Shown here piece after piece: positions 9,846-20,244 of a stretch of DNA of 64,000 nucleotides. Source of the DNA: Alkalispirochaeta sp. (GTDB lineage Bacteria; Spirochaetota; Spirochaetia; DSM-27196; Alkalispirochaetaceae); NCBI GenBank assembly GCA_965601925.1, contig OZ271854.1, positions 3,808,001 to 3,872,000 on the forward strand, given 5' to 3'. The notes under the pieces are model-generated. The model was not told where the DNA came from. It ran no database searches and worked only from the letters and a program-made list of their open reading frames with translations. How positions within the stretch are numbered: the stretch's first letter is position 1; every line of letters starts with the position of its first letter. The position numbers were made by a program, and so were the translations under genes.

Positions 9846-10607
9846 CTACACCTCTTCCTCGTATTGGAAGTTAAGGTCCTTGGTACCAGGCGAAATCCTG
9901 ATATCCCCAAACATCCTGTTTTGCAGAATCCGAATCGAGCGTTGCCGAGCAGATTCCAAAATCGCGATGAATGCGCATACAAACTCCATGACCGACTCGC
10001 GATTCTTTATAAGGTCGGTAAAACGAAACTCACGTTTCGTCTCGAGAAGCTCATCGATCAGAGTCAGCTTTTCGTTGACCGTGACCTCCTCGTACAAACT
10101 CACGAGGCGATCGGTGCTCAAGTTGCTCATCAGTTGCGAGAAGGTCTTTAGAAGCTCCCACACGTCGATCTGTTCCCACAACTCCTCGCCGTCGTCGAAG
10201 GGAAGGACCGATTGCGAGGAGCGACGTTCGAGCGTGTATTCGAGCTCGTCCTCACGCTCGTTCATCAGATCGCTGAGCTTACGATATCGCTGGTACTCGA
10301 TGAGCTTTTCTACGAGTTCCTGCCGGGGATCGTCGAACTCCTCGTCGCCGCCGTCGTCGGGAACCGGGAGGAGCATGCGCGATTTGATGTGCAGCAGAGT
10401 CGCCGCCATGAGATAAAAGTCGGTGATTGTGTCCAAATCGATCTTCGTGGCGTACTGCAAAAACTCCAAATACTGCTCAGTGATACGTGCAATGGGAATA
10501 TCGTAAATATTGACTTCGTTCTTTCTGATAAGAAAGATCAAAAGGTCGAGCGGTCCCTCAAATTGGTCGAGCTGAAATGTGTGATTATCGCTCCGGCCAC
10601 GTTCCAT
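9846..10607 (-). CDS. scpA: Segregation and condensation protein A (kleisin)
   Basis: FEGPLDLL, IKSRMLLP, DPRQELVEKLIEY. Confidence 0.96.
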   Translation of the reverse strand: MERGRSDNHTFQLDQFEGPLDLLIFLIRKNEVNIYDIPIARITEQYLEFLQYATKIDLDTITDFYLMAATLLHIKSRMLLPVPDDGGDEEFDDPRQELVEKLIEYQRYRKLSDLMNEREDELEYTLERRSSQSVLPFDDGEELWEQIDVWELLKTFSQLMSNLSTDRLVSLYEEVTVNEKLTLIDELLETKREFRFTDLIKNRESVMEFVCAFIAILESARQRSIRILQNRMFGDIRISPGTKDLNFQYEEEV

Positions 10608-10791
10608 GTGCCGGAGAGTATAGGGTCCACCGGAATCGCGGGTCTATACCTCCCGGTACGGTCTTGAAGTGTTCATTTGCGACGAATGTTGCGAACCGTA
10701 GCCGCGCTACCGTCTAACTCGCTCGTCCATCCGAGACGCTCTCCATATTGATGAGCTTCATCCACTTCACACGGCGGATTGCCCGGTATAG

Positions 10792-11928
10792 TTAGAAGAG
10801 CTCCTCGTCGGACTCGTTTTTTTTGCCTGCGCCCTTTTTGGCGCCGCTCCCGCCTTGCTTCTCGCCCGGCTCCTTTGTCGTGTCGGCCTTCTCGCTTTTT
10901 TCCGCACTCTTTTCTGCGGAGGGGAACATTTTTGCCCGCAACTTCTCTTCCAACGTCTTGCCGATTTCAGGATTGTCGTCGAGAAACTGTTTGACGTTTT
11001 CGCGCCCCTGTCCGATGCGCTCCTCTCCGTAGGAGTACCACGACCCCGATTTTTGTACCAGATCGTACTTGAGCGCCGCATCCAAGAGGCTCGCCGTGGA
11101 GGAAATCCCCTTTCCGAATATGATCTCCAACTCCACCTTGCGAAAGGGCGGCGCCACCTTGTTTTTGACAACCTTCACGCGTACGCGGTTACCGATCGCC
11201 TCCTCGGAACTCTTACTGATCGTCTCGATGCGACGTACCTCCAAGCGGACGGACGCGTAAAACTTCAACGCGTTACCACCGGTAGTCGTCTCAGGATTGC
11301 CGAACATGACGCCGATCTTCATCCGGATCTGGTTAATAAATACCAGGACGGTCGAAGACTTGGAAATGATCCCGGTCAACTTGCGGAGCGCTTGACTCAT
11401 GAGACGCGCCTGCAGACCGACGTGGCTGTCGCCCATATCGCCCTCGATTTCCGCCTGGGGCGTGAGGGCCGCCACTGAGTCGACGACGATGATGTCGACC
11501 GCTTTGCTGCGCACAAGCGCCTCGGCGATCTCGAGGGCCTGTTCGCCGTTGTCCGGCTGCGAGACCCATAACGCGTCGGTGTCGACGCCGAGGTTGCGCG
11601 CGTATACCGGATCGAGAGCGTGCTCCGCGTCGATAAACGCCGCAACACCGCCGGCCTTTTGCGCCTCTGCGATTGCGTGGAGGGCCAACGTCGTCTTGCC
11701 CGAGGATTCGGGGCCGTAGATTTCGATGATGCGACCCTTGGGATATCCGCCGAGGCCCAACGCCTCGTCGAGGATGATGGAGCCGGAGTTGATCGTCTCA
11801 ATGCCGGTCGTGTCGCGATTGTCTCCCAGCTTCATGATCGAGCCCTTGCCGAACTGTTTTTCGATCTGAAGCCGGGCCGCCTCGATCGCTTTGGTTTTAT
11901 CGGTTTCGGTCGCTGAATTCGACGCCAT
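10792..11928 (-). CDS. recA: Recombinase RecA
   Basis: [31 protein letters not shown]; charged C-terminal tail. Confidence 0.99.
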   Translation of the reverse strand: MASNSATETDKTKAIEAARLQIEKQFGKGSIMKLGDNRDTTGIETINSGSIILDEALGLGGYPKGRIIEIYGPESSGKTTLALHAIAEAQKAGGVAAFIDAEHALDPVYARNLGVDTDALWVSQPDNGEQALEIAEALVRSKAVDIIVVDSVAALTPQAEIEGDMGDSHVGLQARLMSQALRKLTGIISKSSTVLVFINQIRMKIGVMFGNPETTTGGNALKFYASVRLEVRRIETISKSSEEAIGNRVRVKVVKNKVAPPFRKVELEIIFGKGISSTASLLDAALKYDLVQKSGSWYSYGEERIGQGRENVKQFLDDNPEIGKTLEEKLRAKMFPSAEKSAEKSEKADTTKEPGEKQGGSGAKKGAGKKNESDEELF

Positions 11929-12072
11929 TTCGCTTCCGCCTTTCAGTTGTAGACACTATTCAGGGGATTATAGCGCTTTTAATGGGGCGATGGAAACAGA
12001 AATACCGATCGTCGCCGGGAATGCCCGACGACATTTTGACCCGCGCACGACAAACGTAGTATACCTGTTGCC

Positions 12073-13176
12073 ATGCGCGGCGAGCTGGTAATCTTTGCGA
12101 CCAGGAGCATGGAGGAGTACGCGGAACGAGTCGCGTACGAAATGCAGACGTTTCCGGACTTCTACGGAAAGGGCTATAGCAAGAACATTCGTGGTGAACT
12201 GAAAACGGTCACCTTTGCCGACGGCGAGATCGAGGTCGAAGTGCATACTTCGATTCGCGGGAAGGATGTCTTTCTCTTTGCCTCCGCCGGTCGTAACGCT
12301 TACGGGTTGTCGGTCGAGCAGAACAAACTGGAACTCTACCACGCAATTGACGCGATCCGCCGCTCCCAGCCGGCGCGTATCACGCTGTTCGAGCCGTTTT
12401 GTACCAGCTCCCGCTCCGATCGTACCACGCGGCGTAACAGCGTCGGATTCTGGATCCACTACAAGACGCTCACGAGTCTCGGCGTCGACCACATCATCAC
12501 GTACCAATTGCACTCCGACAAATCGAAGACCGTCGTAGATCCCAGGGTGTGCGCGATCGACGACGTCCCGGCCAGTCCGCTCATCAAGGAGTACATTACC
12601 GACAGTTTCATTCGCAAACCCGACGTACTCAATTCGACGGTGCGCGAGGATTGGCTCTTTTGCTCGGTGGACGCGGGGGGCGAGAACGCCGCGCGCAAGT
12701 ACGCCCGCGCCTTCGGGACCAAGTTGATGATCGCCCACAAGCAGCGCAACTACGACAAAACCAATACGGTAGAGTCGATCAACATCCTGACCGACACCGA
12801 AATTGCAGGGAAAGAGGTATGGATCGTCGACGACATGATCGATACCGGCGGCAGTGTCTACACGCTGGTCAAGGAGCTCAAACGCCGCGGAGTCGAGACG
12901 ATCAACATCGCGGTCATCCATCCCGTCTTTTCGGACCCGGCGACCGAACGCCTTCGTGAGCTCCACGATTCGGGCGCGCTCGACCGTCTTATCGTCACCG
13001 ACACGCTCGAGGTCGCGGACGAGCTTCACCGCGCCCTTCCCTTCCTGCACGTCGTCTCGTCGGCTCGCCTGAGCGCCGAAATCATCATGCGGATGCACGA
13101 GGAGCAGTCTCTATCGCCCTTCTTCGACGACTTCGATCCGCGACATTACTTATCGAATTTGAAGTTGTTTCTGTGA
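12073..13176 (+). CDS. prs: Ribose-phosphate pyrophosphokinase
   Basis: FADGEIEV, SVDAGG, PRPP motif VDDMIDTGGS. Confidence 0.93.
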   Translation: MRGELVIFATRSMEEYAERVAYEMQTFPDFYGKGYSKNIRGELKTVTFADGEIEVEVHTSIRGKDVFLFASAGRNAYGLSVEQNKLELYHAIDAIRRSQPARITLFEPFCTSSRSDRTTRRNSVGFWIHYKTLTSLGVDHIITYQLHSDKSKTVVDPRVCAIDDVPASPLIKEYITDSFIRKPDVLNSTVREDWLFCSVDAGGENAARKYARAFGTKLMIAHKQRNYDKTNTVESINILTDTEIAGKEVWIVDDMIDTGGSVYTLVKELKRRGVETINIAVIHPVFSDPATERLRELHDSGALDRLIVTDTLEVADELHRALPFLHVVSSARLSAEIIMRMHEEQSLSPFFDDFDPRHYLSNLKLFL

Positions 13177-13198
13177 GTAATCTTCGTGCCATGCGGGG

Positions 13199-13243
13199 GC
13201 CTATGCGGCCCGAGAGTCGTCCGGGAGCTCTCGAGTCGTAGGC
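13199..13243. terminator. Hairpin between convergent prs and dtd
   Basis: GCCTATG/CGTAGGC outer arms and CGAGAG/CTCTCG inner arms; no T-tract. Confidence 0.35.
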
Positions 13244-13270
13244 GGCGTGTCGAGTGCGGGGAACGCCGGT

Positions 13271-13714
13271 TTACCGGTCGTGGCTGTCGATCCAGAACGT
13301 AGCGGGGCCGCGGTTGATGCTTTCCACGTCCATTACGGCACCGAAACGGCCCGTCTGAACGGGCACCGACTCTTCCAGCCGACGCCGCAGCGCCTCGTAA
13401 CGGCGGCGCGCCGGATCGGGAGGAGCCGCCCGGTCGAATCCCGGCCTTCTCCCCTTGCGGGTGTCGGCGTAGAGGGTAAACTGCGATACGAGCAGGATGC
13501 TTCCCGAGACGTCGACGACCGACCGATTCATGCGCCCCGTCTCATCCTCGAAAATGCGCAAGGTCGGTATTTTTGCCGCAAGGTAGTCGAGGTCGCGATC
13601 CGTATCGCGGTGAGTTACGCCCAGGAGTACCAGTAGTCCCGTTCCGATCGAGCCGACCGTCTCGTCGCCGACGCGAACGTGAGCGCGAGCGACCCGCTGT
13701 ACCAACGCCCTCAT
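13271..13714 (-). CDS. dtd: D-aminoacyl-tRNA deacylase
   Basis: MRALVQRV start, SQFTL and NRGPAT motifs. Confidence 0.96.
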   Translation of the reverse strand: MRALVQRVARAHVRVGDETVGSIGTGLLVLLGVTHRDTDRDLDYLAAKIPTLRIFEDETGRMNRSVVDVSGSILLVSQFTLYADTRKGRRPGFDRAAPPDPARRRYEALRRRLEESVPVQTGRFGAVMDVESINRGPATFWIDSHDR

Positions 13715-13718
13715 CCCG

Positions 13719-14837
13719 TTATATCTCCGCCGGCGAGAGCACCCGAATCGAGGTGATTTCCAGCGCAATCGCCTCCTCGGCACGGGCGTGTACCCGCCCT
13801 ATCAACTCTATCGGCTGGTCGTTTTCCAGGAGCACTGCGAATCGCAGTTGTGCGGGTACGATTCCTTCGAGCACCTGTCTCGTCTCGTACCCAACCAGGA
13901 AGTCGAACAGAATCGCCTCCTCGCCGATAGCGATGTTCGCGATACGGCCCCGCCATCGGACGAATACACCGTCGTAGAGCGCCGGATCGGAGATGACCTC
14001 GTCGTGGGAGAAATTGTCGGAAAAATCGGTGAAGTCCGGTACGGTGAGGTACGCGTCGAGGGCCGCGGCACGGTCTTTTATGAGCGGCGCCGCGTTGGAC
14101 AGGGCAACCCGATTGAGCTCGCGACGCACCACATTGTCGCGCCCGTCGTTGAAATAATCGCCGATTTGCTCCAGGATACGTTCCGCCTCACGGTCGGACC
14201 ATACGAAGCGCACCTCATCGGGAGCGTCGGCCGCGACGAGGGGCAGCGACACATCGTCGGTCGCGAGCAGTTGCGACCCTTCGCGCGGCTCGGGATTGAA
14301 ACGCGTCTCGGCGTAGCGGAGTACGATCGGGTACACAAAAAAGATCGCCGCGCCCGCCACGACAATGCCCGCCGAGACGACCGTCCACGTCGGTACATAC
14401 CAGCCCAAAGGCGGGAGAATGCGTATGAATCGACGATTCTCGAACCAATCCAACGCATCCTCCGGATCTTCCAGACTGCGGAGCCACTGGAGCGCCCGCT
14501 TCGCGCGACGGTTCCGGTGGTCGATATCGAGAATGTCCAGATACGTGCGGATCGCCATGTCGGTTTGTCTCCGTCTCAGGAGAACCGTCGCGAGGCCGAG
14601 CATCGCTTCTGTGCGCTGGTCGATATCGAGGGCGCGTCGAAGATACGAGAATGAGCCGGCGTAGTCTCCGGTGTGGAGGCAACTCATTCCCAGGACGTAG
14701 TAATACTCGTAACTCTCGCGAAACATGAAGACTTGCGGTTCGAGATAGTTGATGACCTGGGTGAACTTGCGCGTACGAAAAAAACGGCGCGCCTTCCTCA
14801 ATCCCCGTTCGGCACTGCGTTTCACCACCCCTCCCAC
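13719..14837 (-). CDS. TPR-containing membrane protein, conserved hypothetical
   Basis: N-terminal TPRs, central TM helix, C-terminal beta-rich domain. Confidence 0.75.
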   Translation of the reverse strand: MGGVVKRSAERGLRKARRFFRTRKFTQVINYLEPQVFMFRESYEYYYVLGMSCLHTGDYAGSFSYLRRALDIDQRTEAMLGLATVLLRRRQTDMAIRTYLDILDIDHRNRRAKRALQWLRSLEDPEDALDWFENRRFIRILPPLGWYVPTWTVVSAGIVVAGAAIFFVYPIVLRYAETRFNPEPREGSQLLATDDVSLPLVAADAPDEVRFVWSDREAERILEQIGDYFNDGRDNVVRRELNRVALSNAAPLIKDRAAALDAYLTVPDFTDFSDNFSHDEVISDPALYDGVFVRWRGRIANIAIGEEAILFDFLVGYETRQVLEGIVPAQLRFAVLLENDQPIELIGRVHARAEEAIALEITSIRVLSPAEI

Positions 14838-14853
14838 GGTGCGTCTTCGAGCG

Positions 14854-15717
14854 CTACTGACCGCTCACTGCGCCGCTATTCTCTCCGGTAGTGGTCTCGT
14901 TCCGCAAGCTGGTGAGCTGCTCCTCTAACCGGCGTATCTGGGCGTCGCGGCTGCGCACCGTCTCCTGAAGCGAACGCATTTGCGTCGTCAACCGGATGAT
15001 CTCCTCGCGAACGTCCTCGCTTGCCGCGTTTTGCAGCCGCTCCTGGTACGAAACGATCGCCTCCTGATAGGAGCGCTCGCGGCGCTGGAACTCATCCAAC
15101 GCCTGGAGATACTCCTCGTGACTCCACTGGAGGAGTTGCAGGAGCTCCTGTTCGCGGAATGTAAGATCGATCACCGCGATTCGGTAGCGCGCGGCCTCGA
15201 CCCGGAAGCTCGTCGTGTAGTACCTGATTACCGTGTCGAACAGGCGGCGCGCCTCGTCGAGCCGTCCGAGATTGAAGAGTGATTCCGCACTCCAATAGAT
15301 CGCATTGGCGACGAAGGGAGACGTGGGATGACCGGATACGAACCCATTGAGCGCCTGGATCGCCCCCTCGTAGTCCTCCTGCATAAACAGCAGACGTCCG
15401 CGCTGGTATTGCGCCTCGACGAAAAACTCGTGATCAGGAAACGTCTGTAAATAGAACTCGAGGTTTCGCTCCGCCTCCGAGAGGCGCCCGTTCGCCATCG
15501 CCGACTTTGCGAGCCAGAAGTACGCCGTCGCCTCGGTCTCCTCATCGGGATCCTCTAAAAGGATCTCGCGGAAACGCAGAATCGCGGAACCGAAATCGCT
15601 GCGGCGAAAGGCGTCGATACCCTCCTGGAGGATCTGCTCGTCTGCGTGAAGCGGCACGGCAACGCCGAGAACCACCAGCGCTACGAGAACTTTCGCCGGA
15701 TATGCTCTTTTTTTCAT
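14854..15717 (-). CDS. Exported TPR and coiled-coil protein (CpoB/BamD-like TPR fold)
   Basis: Signal peptide ending PLHA, TPRs (AYFWLAK, AIYWSAESLFNLG), C-terminal coiled coil; GGGAG SD. Confidence 0.75.
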   Translation of the reverse strand: MKKRAYPAKVLVALVVLGVAVPLHADEQILQEGIDAFRRSDFGSAILRFREILLEDPDEETEATAYFWLAKSAMANGRLSEAERNLEFYLQTFPDHEFFVEAQYQRGRLLFMQEDYEGAIQALNGFVSGHPTSPFVANAIYWSAESLFNLGRLDEARRLFDTVIRYYTTSFRVEAARYRIAVIDLTFREQELLQLLQWSHEEYLQALDEFQRRERSYQEAIVSYQERLQNAASEDVREEIIRLTTQMRSLQETVRSRDAQIRRLEEQLTSLRNETTTGENSGAVSGQ

Positions 15718-15771
15718 CGATAGTCTCCCGTCTTGATTGTCGGTCTCGAAGGTGGCGAGGTTGAGCCCTCC

Positions 15772-16443
15772 TTAGGCATTCACGGGCCCGGCTCCCTTGA
15801 GAGTCGACAGGTACGCACGCGGATCGGGTGAATCGAAAAAGGCCGAACCGGAGATAAGCACATTCGCCCCGGCGGCGCGGGCGCGCGGCGCAGTATCGGC
15901 GTTTATCCCGCCGTCGACGGAGATGAGAAAGCTTGCACCCCGATCGCGTCGCCACGCTGCAAACCGCTCGACTTTCTCGAGGGTCGAGGGGATAAGGCGT
16001 TGACCGCCGAACCCGGGATTAACCGTCATGACGAGCACCAGATCCACATCGCCCAGAAGCTCCTCGATCATCATCGTCGGAGTAGACGGGACGATCGCGA
16101 TACCGACCCGGGCGCCCGCGGAACGAATCCGTTGCACGAGGCGGTGGGCGTGTACGGTCGCCTCGATATGAAAGGTAAGAATGTCGGCTCCGGCATCGAC
16201 GAACTCAGCGACGTATCGCTCCGGCTCTTCGATCATCAGATGAACGTCGAGAGTCAGATCGGTCCGCGCCTTGATATCCCGTACCATTTTCGGACCGAAG
16301 GAGATGTTGGGGACGAAGCGGCCGTCCATGACATCGAGGTGAATCCAATCGGCCTGGGCCGTTTCGATGCGCTGAAGGCCCGATGCGATATCGGCGAAAT
16401 CGGCGGCCAGGATCGACGGCGCCGCGATGGTCGAAGCGTTCAT
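15772..16443 (-). CDS. rpe: Ribulose-phosphate 3-epimerase
   Basis: APSILAADF, HLDVMDGRFVPN, MTVNPGFGGQ, VDGG. Confidence 0.98.
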   Translation of the reverse strand: MNASTIAAPSILAADFADIASGLQRIETAQADWIHLDVMDGRFVPNISFGPKMVRDIKARTDLTLDVHLMIEEPERYVAEFVDAGADILTFHIEATVHAHRLVQRIRSAGARVGIAIVPSTPTMMIEELLGDVDLVLVMTVNPGFGGQRLIPSTLEKVERFAAWRRDRGASFLISVDGGINADTAPRARAAGANVLISGSAFFDSPDPRAYLSTLKGAGPVNA

Positions 16444-16492
16444 GGTGCGCCATCATAGCGCAGCGACCGGTCCTTGGCAAAGGTTTGCTTCG

Positions 16493-16520
16493 TTGACCTT
16501 TCTCGCCAGCATGATATAAT
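16493..16520 (+). promoter_or_regulatory. Putative sigma70 promoter for the TPR-greA operon
   Basis: TTGACC-16 nt-TATAAT with an extended -10 TG. Confidence 0.6.
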
Positions 16521-16549
16521 GGGGAAAACGGTAAGAGGATGCGATCATC

Positions 16550-17488
16550 TTGGACAACCATACTGAGACGGCGCATGGTTTAGTGAATCATGCCGCCGAT
16601 CTTATCGTATCGCACCAACTGTCGGTAGCAAACGAGGAGCTGGAACGGGCGCTTGCGCTTGACTTTGACAATATTGACGTGGTGACGGCCCTGAAATACA
16701 CCAATTTTTGGATCGATCGTCAGGAACGTGTCGAAGGTCTGGTAGAAGCTTTTGAACGAGGAGAGTACCTCCTCGCCCAGTGGACCGTGTTTCAGAGCTT
16801 TATCGAGCGCGTCGGGCCGCGGGTCGAGGGAATCATTAACGCCCTTCGTCAGCACGTGTTTCGTCAAGCTCTGTCTCACTATCGAGAGATCTACCAGGAA
16901 CAGAGTAATCGCGACGCGGAACTCCTTGTGAGAATCGGTCGTTGTTACAAAGGCGCGGGAGAATTCGATCGAGCGTTACGGTTTCTGCGTGCCGCGAGCG
17001 CCCAGCGACCCGGCGATGCGGAAGTATTGGCGGAACTGGCGGACGTACTTGCGCTCGTAGACGAGATAGCGCAGGCGAAGGCGTTCTTTCGTGAGGCGTT
17101 TTTCGTCGGCGCTCAAAAGATTGACATCTCGCGCCTGGAGTCGGAACTTATACGGAGGCTCGTGAAGGCTGTTGCGGAGCGTGGTTTTCACGGAGCGGCT
17201 CTTCTGGAGTGGATTCCGGTCCATGGCGTTTTGTACGATGTGCTCAACGTCAAACGGGAGCTGCGATCCATTGAGTTCGGTCGACTCAAGCAGTCTATAT
17301 ACGAATTGGAAAGGGAACTGCGCGAAGGCACGGGAGATGTCGAGTTGATTCGACCTCGATTGATCAACCATTACTTCTGGTTGATCGACCATTACCAAGC
17401 CGCTAAAGAAGCGCAGGGAAAAATCGACGAAGTGCTAGTCAAAATACGGAGTGTGGATGCCAATGTCTACCACCAGTACAATGCCTGA
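16550..17488 (+). CDS. TPR protein upstream of greA
   Basis: TTG start after GAGG; TPR motif (LLVRIGRCYKGAGEFDRALRFL); overlaps greA. Confidence 0.8.
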   Translation: MDNHTETAHGLVNHAADLIVSHQLSVANEELERALALDFDNIDVVTALKYTNFWIDRQERVEGLVEAFERGEYLLAQWTVFQSFIERVGPRVEGIINALRQHVFRQALSHYREIYQEQSNRDAELLVRIGRCYKGAGEFDRALRFLRAASAQRPGDAEVLAELADVLALVDEIAQAKAFFREAFFVGAQKIDISRLESELIRRLVKAVAERGFHGAALLEWIPVHGVLYDVLNVKRELRSIEFGRLKQSIYELERELREGTGDVELIRPRLINHYFWLIDHYQAAKEAQGKIDEVLVKIRSVDANVYHQYNA

Positions 17489-20183
17489 TCTTATTCAGCA
17501 TTTGAACGAACTTCTCAACGAAGAGAAGTGGACCCGAGCGACGCTCAACAACTATACCGTGAGCAACTTCAAGGAACTCGACGAAGTCGGCGAGCAGGTT
17601 CGAGAAGCGGGGCTTGAGGACGAAGCGCGCGAGTTGTGCGAAGAGCATCTGCAGCACACGAAAAACAGTATTATCGCCCTGTATATCGCCGGTCTTCTCG
17701 ACTTGGCGCGACAGTCGGTAGACGACGCCAATTTGATTCTCCTCACGAGGATATTCAGCGACAACCATAAATGGAACATCGTGGAGTATCTCGCCCAGCG
17801 TATCCTCGAGTTCGGCGAGAACCGTTTTGCTCTGCGCATTCTCGTCGACGTCTACAACAACGAGAACCAGTCCGAGAAGCTGCACGAGGTGTGGGAGCGG
17901 TTAATTCGCGTCGACTACGAAGAGGCGACGATCGTTCGTCAACTCGCGGAGCTCAAAGAGGCGGCCGACGACGTGGACCAAGCGGTCGTGTACTACAAAA
18001 AGGCGCTCCACCGCTACATCACCAAGAAGAGTTTTTCCAACGTGAAAGAGGTGTGGCACAAACTCGTGAATCTCGCCCCCGGCGAGACGGAGTTCTTCTA
18101 CCACGCCGAGTCGAAAATCTCGCGCTCCATCAGTGCCGATCGCGCCGTACAGCTCCTCGAAGATCTTTTTCCGGAGTTCAAGAAGGCCGGTGACTGGAAT
18201 CGAGCCATTGAGCTTCTCAAGCGCGTCCTCAACTACGATCCCAAGAATCCCTGGGCCCGAAAAGAGATTATCGATTGTTTCAGCGAGAAATACAGCGAGC
18301 ACAGCAACCTCGAAGAGTACATTCGCATCAGTAACATCAACCAGAGTTGGCGCCCCGTGCACGAGGCGATCGCCGACTTCGAGAAGCACATCTCTTTCGA
18401 CAAGGGGAACTTTGTGTTTCATCGCAGCTGGGGTATCGGTCGCATTCGCGAGATATCCGGCGACGATATCACGATCGATTTTGCCAAGAAGCGCGGTCAC
18501 AGCATGTCCTTGAAAATGGCGATCAACGCCCTGGATGTGCTTCCCAAGGATCACATCTGGGTACTCCGGGCGGTGTGGAAAAAGCAGAAACTCCACGATC
18601 TCGTCAAGAAGAATCCGGTGTGGGCGCTCAAAACGGTGATTCGCAGCCTCGGAAACTCCGCCGACATGAAGAAAATCAAGGCCGAGTTGGTGCCGGCGAT
18701 CCTCTCTCCCGGTGAGTGGTCGTCGTGGAGCACCAAGGCGCGCCAGATCCTCAAGACGAATCCCGACTTCGGTACCCTCACCGATAAGGTGGACCACTTC
18801 GTAGTGCGCGACCAGCCCATCACCTTCGAAGAGAAGACGTACAATAAGTTCAAGGCGGAGAAGACCTTCTTTGATCGCGTGAAGACGTTCGAAGAGTTCC
18901 TTTCGTGGATGGAAGAAGAGAGCGGCGACGGTATCGACAGCGAGTTTTTTCGCGACATGTTCGAGTACTTCGCCAGCTTTGTTCGCAACGTCGCCCAGGT
19001 GAACGAGTACGTCATTTCGTCCCTGATCGTGCTTCACGGTATCGTGACGCGGTATCCATTCCTGAGAGGCGATCTTGATCTCGATTTCGAGTCGATGTAT
19101 AGCCGAATCGAGGATCTGGAGGGCGTGTTTTCCCGCATCGAGTCACCGGATTTGCGCCGGAGATTCCTCAGTCAGGTTCGCGCGTATGACAAGAACTGGG
19201 GGCCGGTGTACGCGAAGCTCGTACCGCATCATCTATCGCGGGATATTCTCTTGGAACTGGAGCGCACGGGAAAGCACGAACTGATCCTGGAGTTGATCTC
19301 CGGTTTTTACGAGAGCTATCGCGACGCACGCGAGACCTTCGTGTGGTTGGTGCGAAACTGCGAGGAAGATACGTGGTTTGACGAGCTCGGCATTACCGAA
19401 GAGAAGCGCCTCATCGCGATGGTGCACATCTACGACCTCACGTTCCGGGACATCGACAACCGAAAGGATGTCAGCCACAACCGCAAAATCAACAAGCAGG
19501 TTCACACGTATCTCTTCCGCGATCAGAAGCTACCCGACTTTATCGACGATGCGGACGAGGAATCGGTATCGCGCCTCTTTACGCTGATATCGGACGTGAA
19601 GGACATGGACCCCAAGTTGTTGCTCGACCTCAAGCAACGCGTGCTCAATCGCTTCCCCTCGTTCCGTTTCTACGGGGAGGATGTGGTAGAGCAAAGCACC
19701 AAAAAGGTGCTGTATTGCACCGCCGGCAGTTACGAGGCCAAGCAAGCCGAGTATCGGCATCTCCAGGAGGTGGAGGTCCCGCAGAACTCCAAGGAGATCG
19801 AGGTCGCCCGCGAATACGGAGATCTGAGAGAGAATGCGGAGTACAAGGCCGCCAAAGAGCGTCAGGATGCGCTCAACACGCGTGCCGCGCGACTCAAGGG
19901 AGAACTCGAACAGGCGCGGATCGTGAAGCCCGCCGATGTCGACGCCTCGGAGGTCGCCTTCGGTACGCAGGTCGCCCTTACGGATCTCGAGAACGACGCC
20001 GAGATAACTTATACGATCTTGGGCCCCTGGGAGTCCGATCCGACGATTAATATCATTAACTATCAGTCGCCCCTTGGAAATAGGCTTCTGCGCAACAAAC
20101 CGGGTGATGAGTTGGATTTTGAGATTAACGAGAAGCGATATCACCTTAGAATCGGTGAGGTGCGAGTAGCAACCTTCGCCTGA
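17463..20183 (+). CDS. greA: Long-form transcription elongation factor GreA with large N-terminal helical extension
   Basis: C-terminal GDLRENAEYKAAKE and QSPLGNRLL; ~750 aa N-terminal extension typical of spirochaetes; start uncertain (17457/17463/17481). Confidence 0.93.
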   Translation: MSTTSTMPDLIQHLNELLNEEKWTRATLNNYTVSNFKELDEVGEQVREAGLEDEARELCEEHLQHTKNSIIALYIAGLLDLARQSVDDANLILLTRIFSDNHKWNIVEYLAQRILEFGENRFALRILVDVYNNENQSEKLHEVWERLIRVDYEEATIVRQLAELKEAADDVDQAVVYYKKALHRYITKKSFSNVKEVWHKLVNLAPGETEFFYHAESKISRSISADRAVQLLEDLFPEFKKAGDWNRAIELLKRVLNYDPKNPWARKEIIDCFSEKYSEHSNLEEYIRISNINQSWRPVHEAIADFEKHISFDKGNFVFHRSWGIGRIREISGDDITIDFAKKRGHSMSLKMAINALDVLPKDHIWVLRAVWKKQKLHDLVKKNPVWALKTVIRSLGNSADMKKIKAELVPAILSPGEWSSWSTKARQILKTNPDFGTLTDKVDHFVVRDQPITFEEKTYNKFKAEKTFFDRVKTFEEFLSWMEEESGDGIDSEFFRDMFEYFASFVRNVAQVNEYVISSLIVLHGIVTRYPFLRGDLDLDFESMYSRIEDLEGVFSRIESPDLRRRFLSQVRAYDKNWGPVYAKLVPHHLSRDILLELERTGKHELILELISGFYESYRDARETFVWLVRNCEEDTWFDELGITEEKRLIAMVHIYDLTFRDIDNRKDVSHNRKINKQVHTYLFRDQKLPDFIDDADEESVSRLFTLISDVKDMDPKLLLDLKQRVLNRFPSFRFYGEDVVEQSTKKVLYCTAGSYEAKQAEYRHLQEVEVPQNSKEIEVAREYGDLRENAEYKAAKERQDALNTRAARLKGELEQARIVKPADVDASEVAFGTQVALTDLENDAEITYTILGPWESDPTINIINYQSPLGNRLLRNKPGDELDFEINEKRYHLRIGEVRVATFA

Positions 20184-20210
20184 CGAGCGCGCTGTCGTCC
20201 GTCGTCAATC

Positions 20211-20244
20211 GTCGTCCGCGTCCGTCGCCGGACGCGAGGACGGC
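20211..20244. terminator. Hairpin between convergent greA and HEAT-repeat gene
   Basis: GTCGTCC-GCGTCCG-tcgc-CGGACGC-ga-GGACGGC. Confidence 0.4.

Noticed and set aside
10611..10656. Imperfect hairpin upstream of scpA as a structured leader RNA
   Set aside because: It overlaps the predicted -35/-10 elements and so is probably not part of the scpA transcript; pairing is irregular
11929..12072. LexA/SOS box upstream of recA
   Set aside because: Only a TATAAT (minus strand, 11967-11972) is evident; no recognisable SOS palindrome
16474..16489. TTGGCAAAGGTTTGCT as a sigma54 -24/-12 promoter
   Set aside because: Spacing is GG-N9-GC rather than the required N10; TGGCAA is better explained as the rpe -35 (TTGCCA) on the other strand
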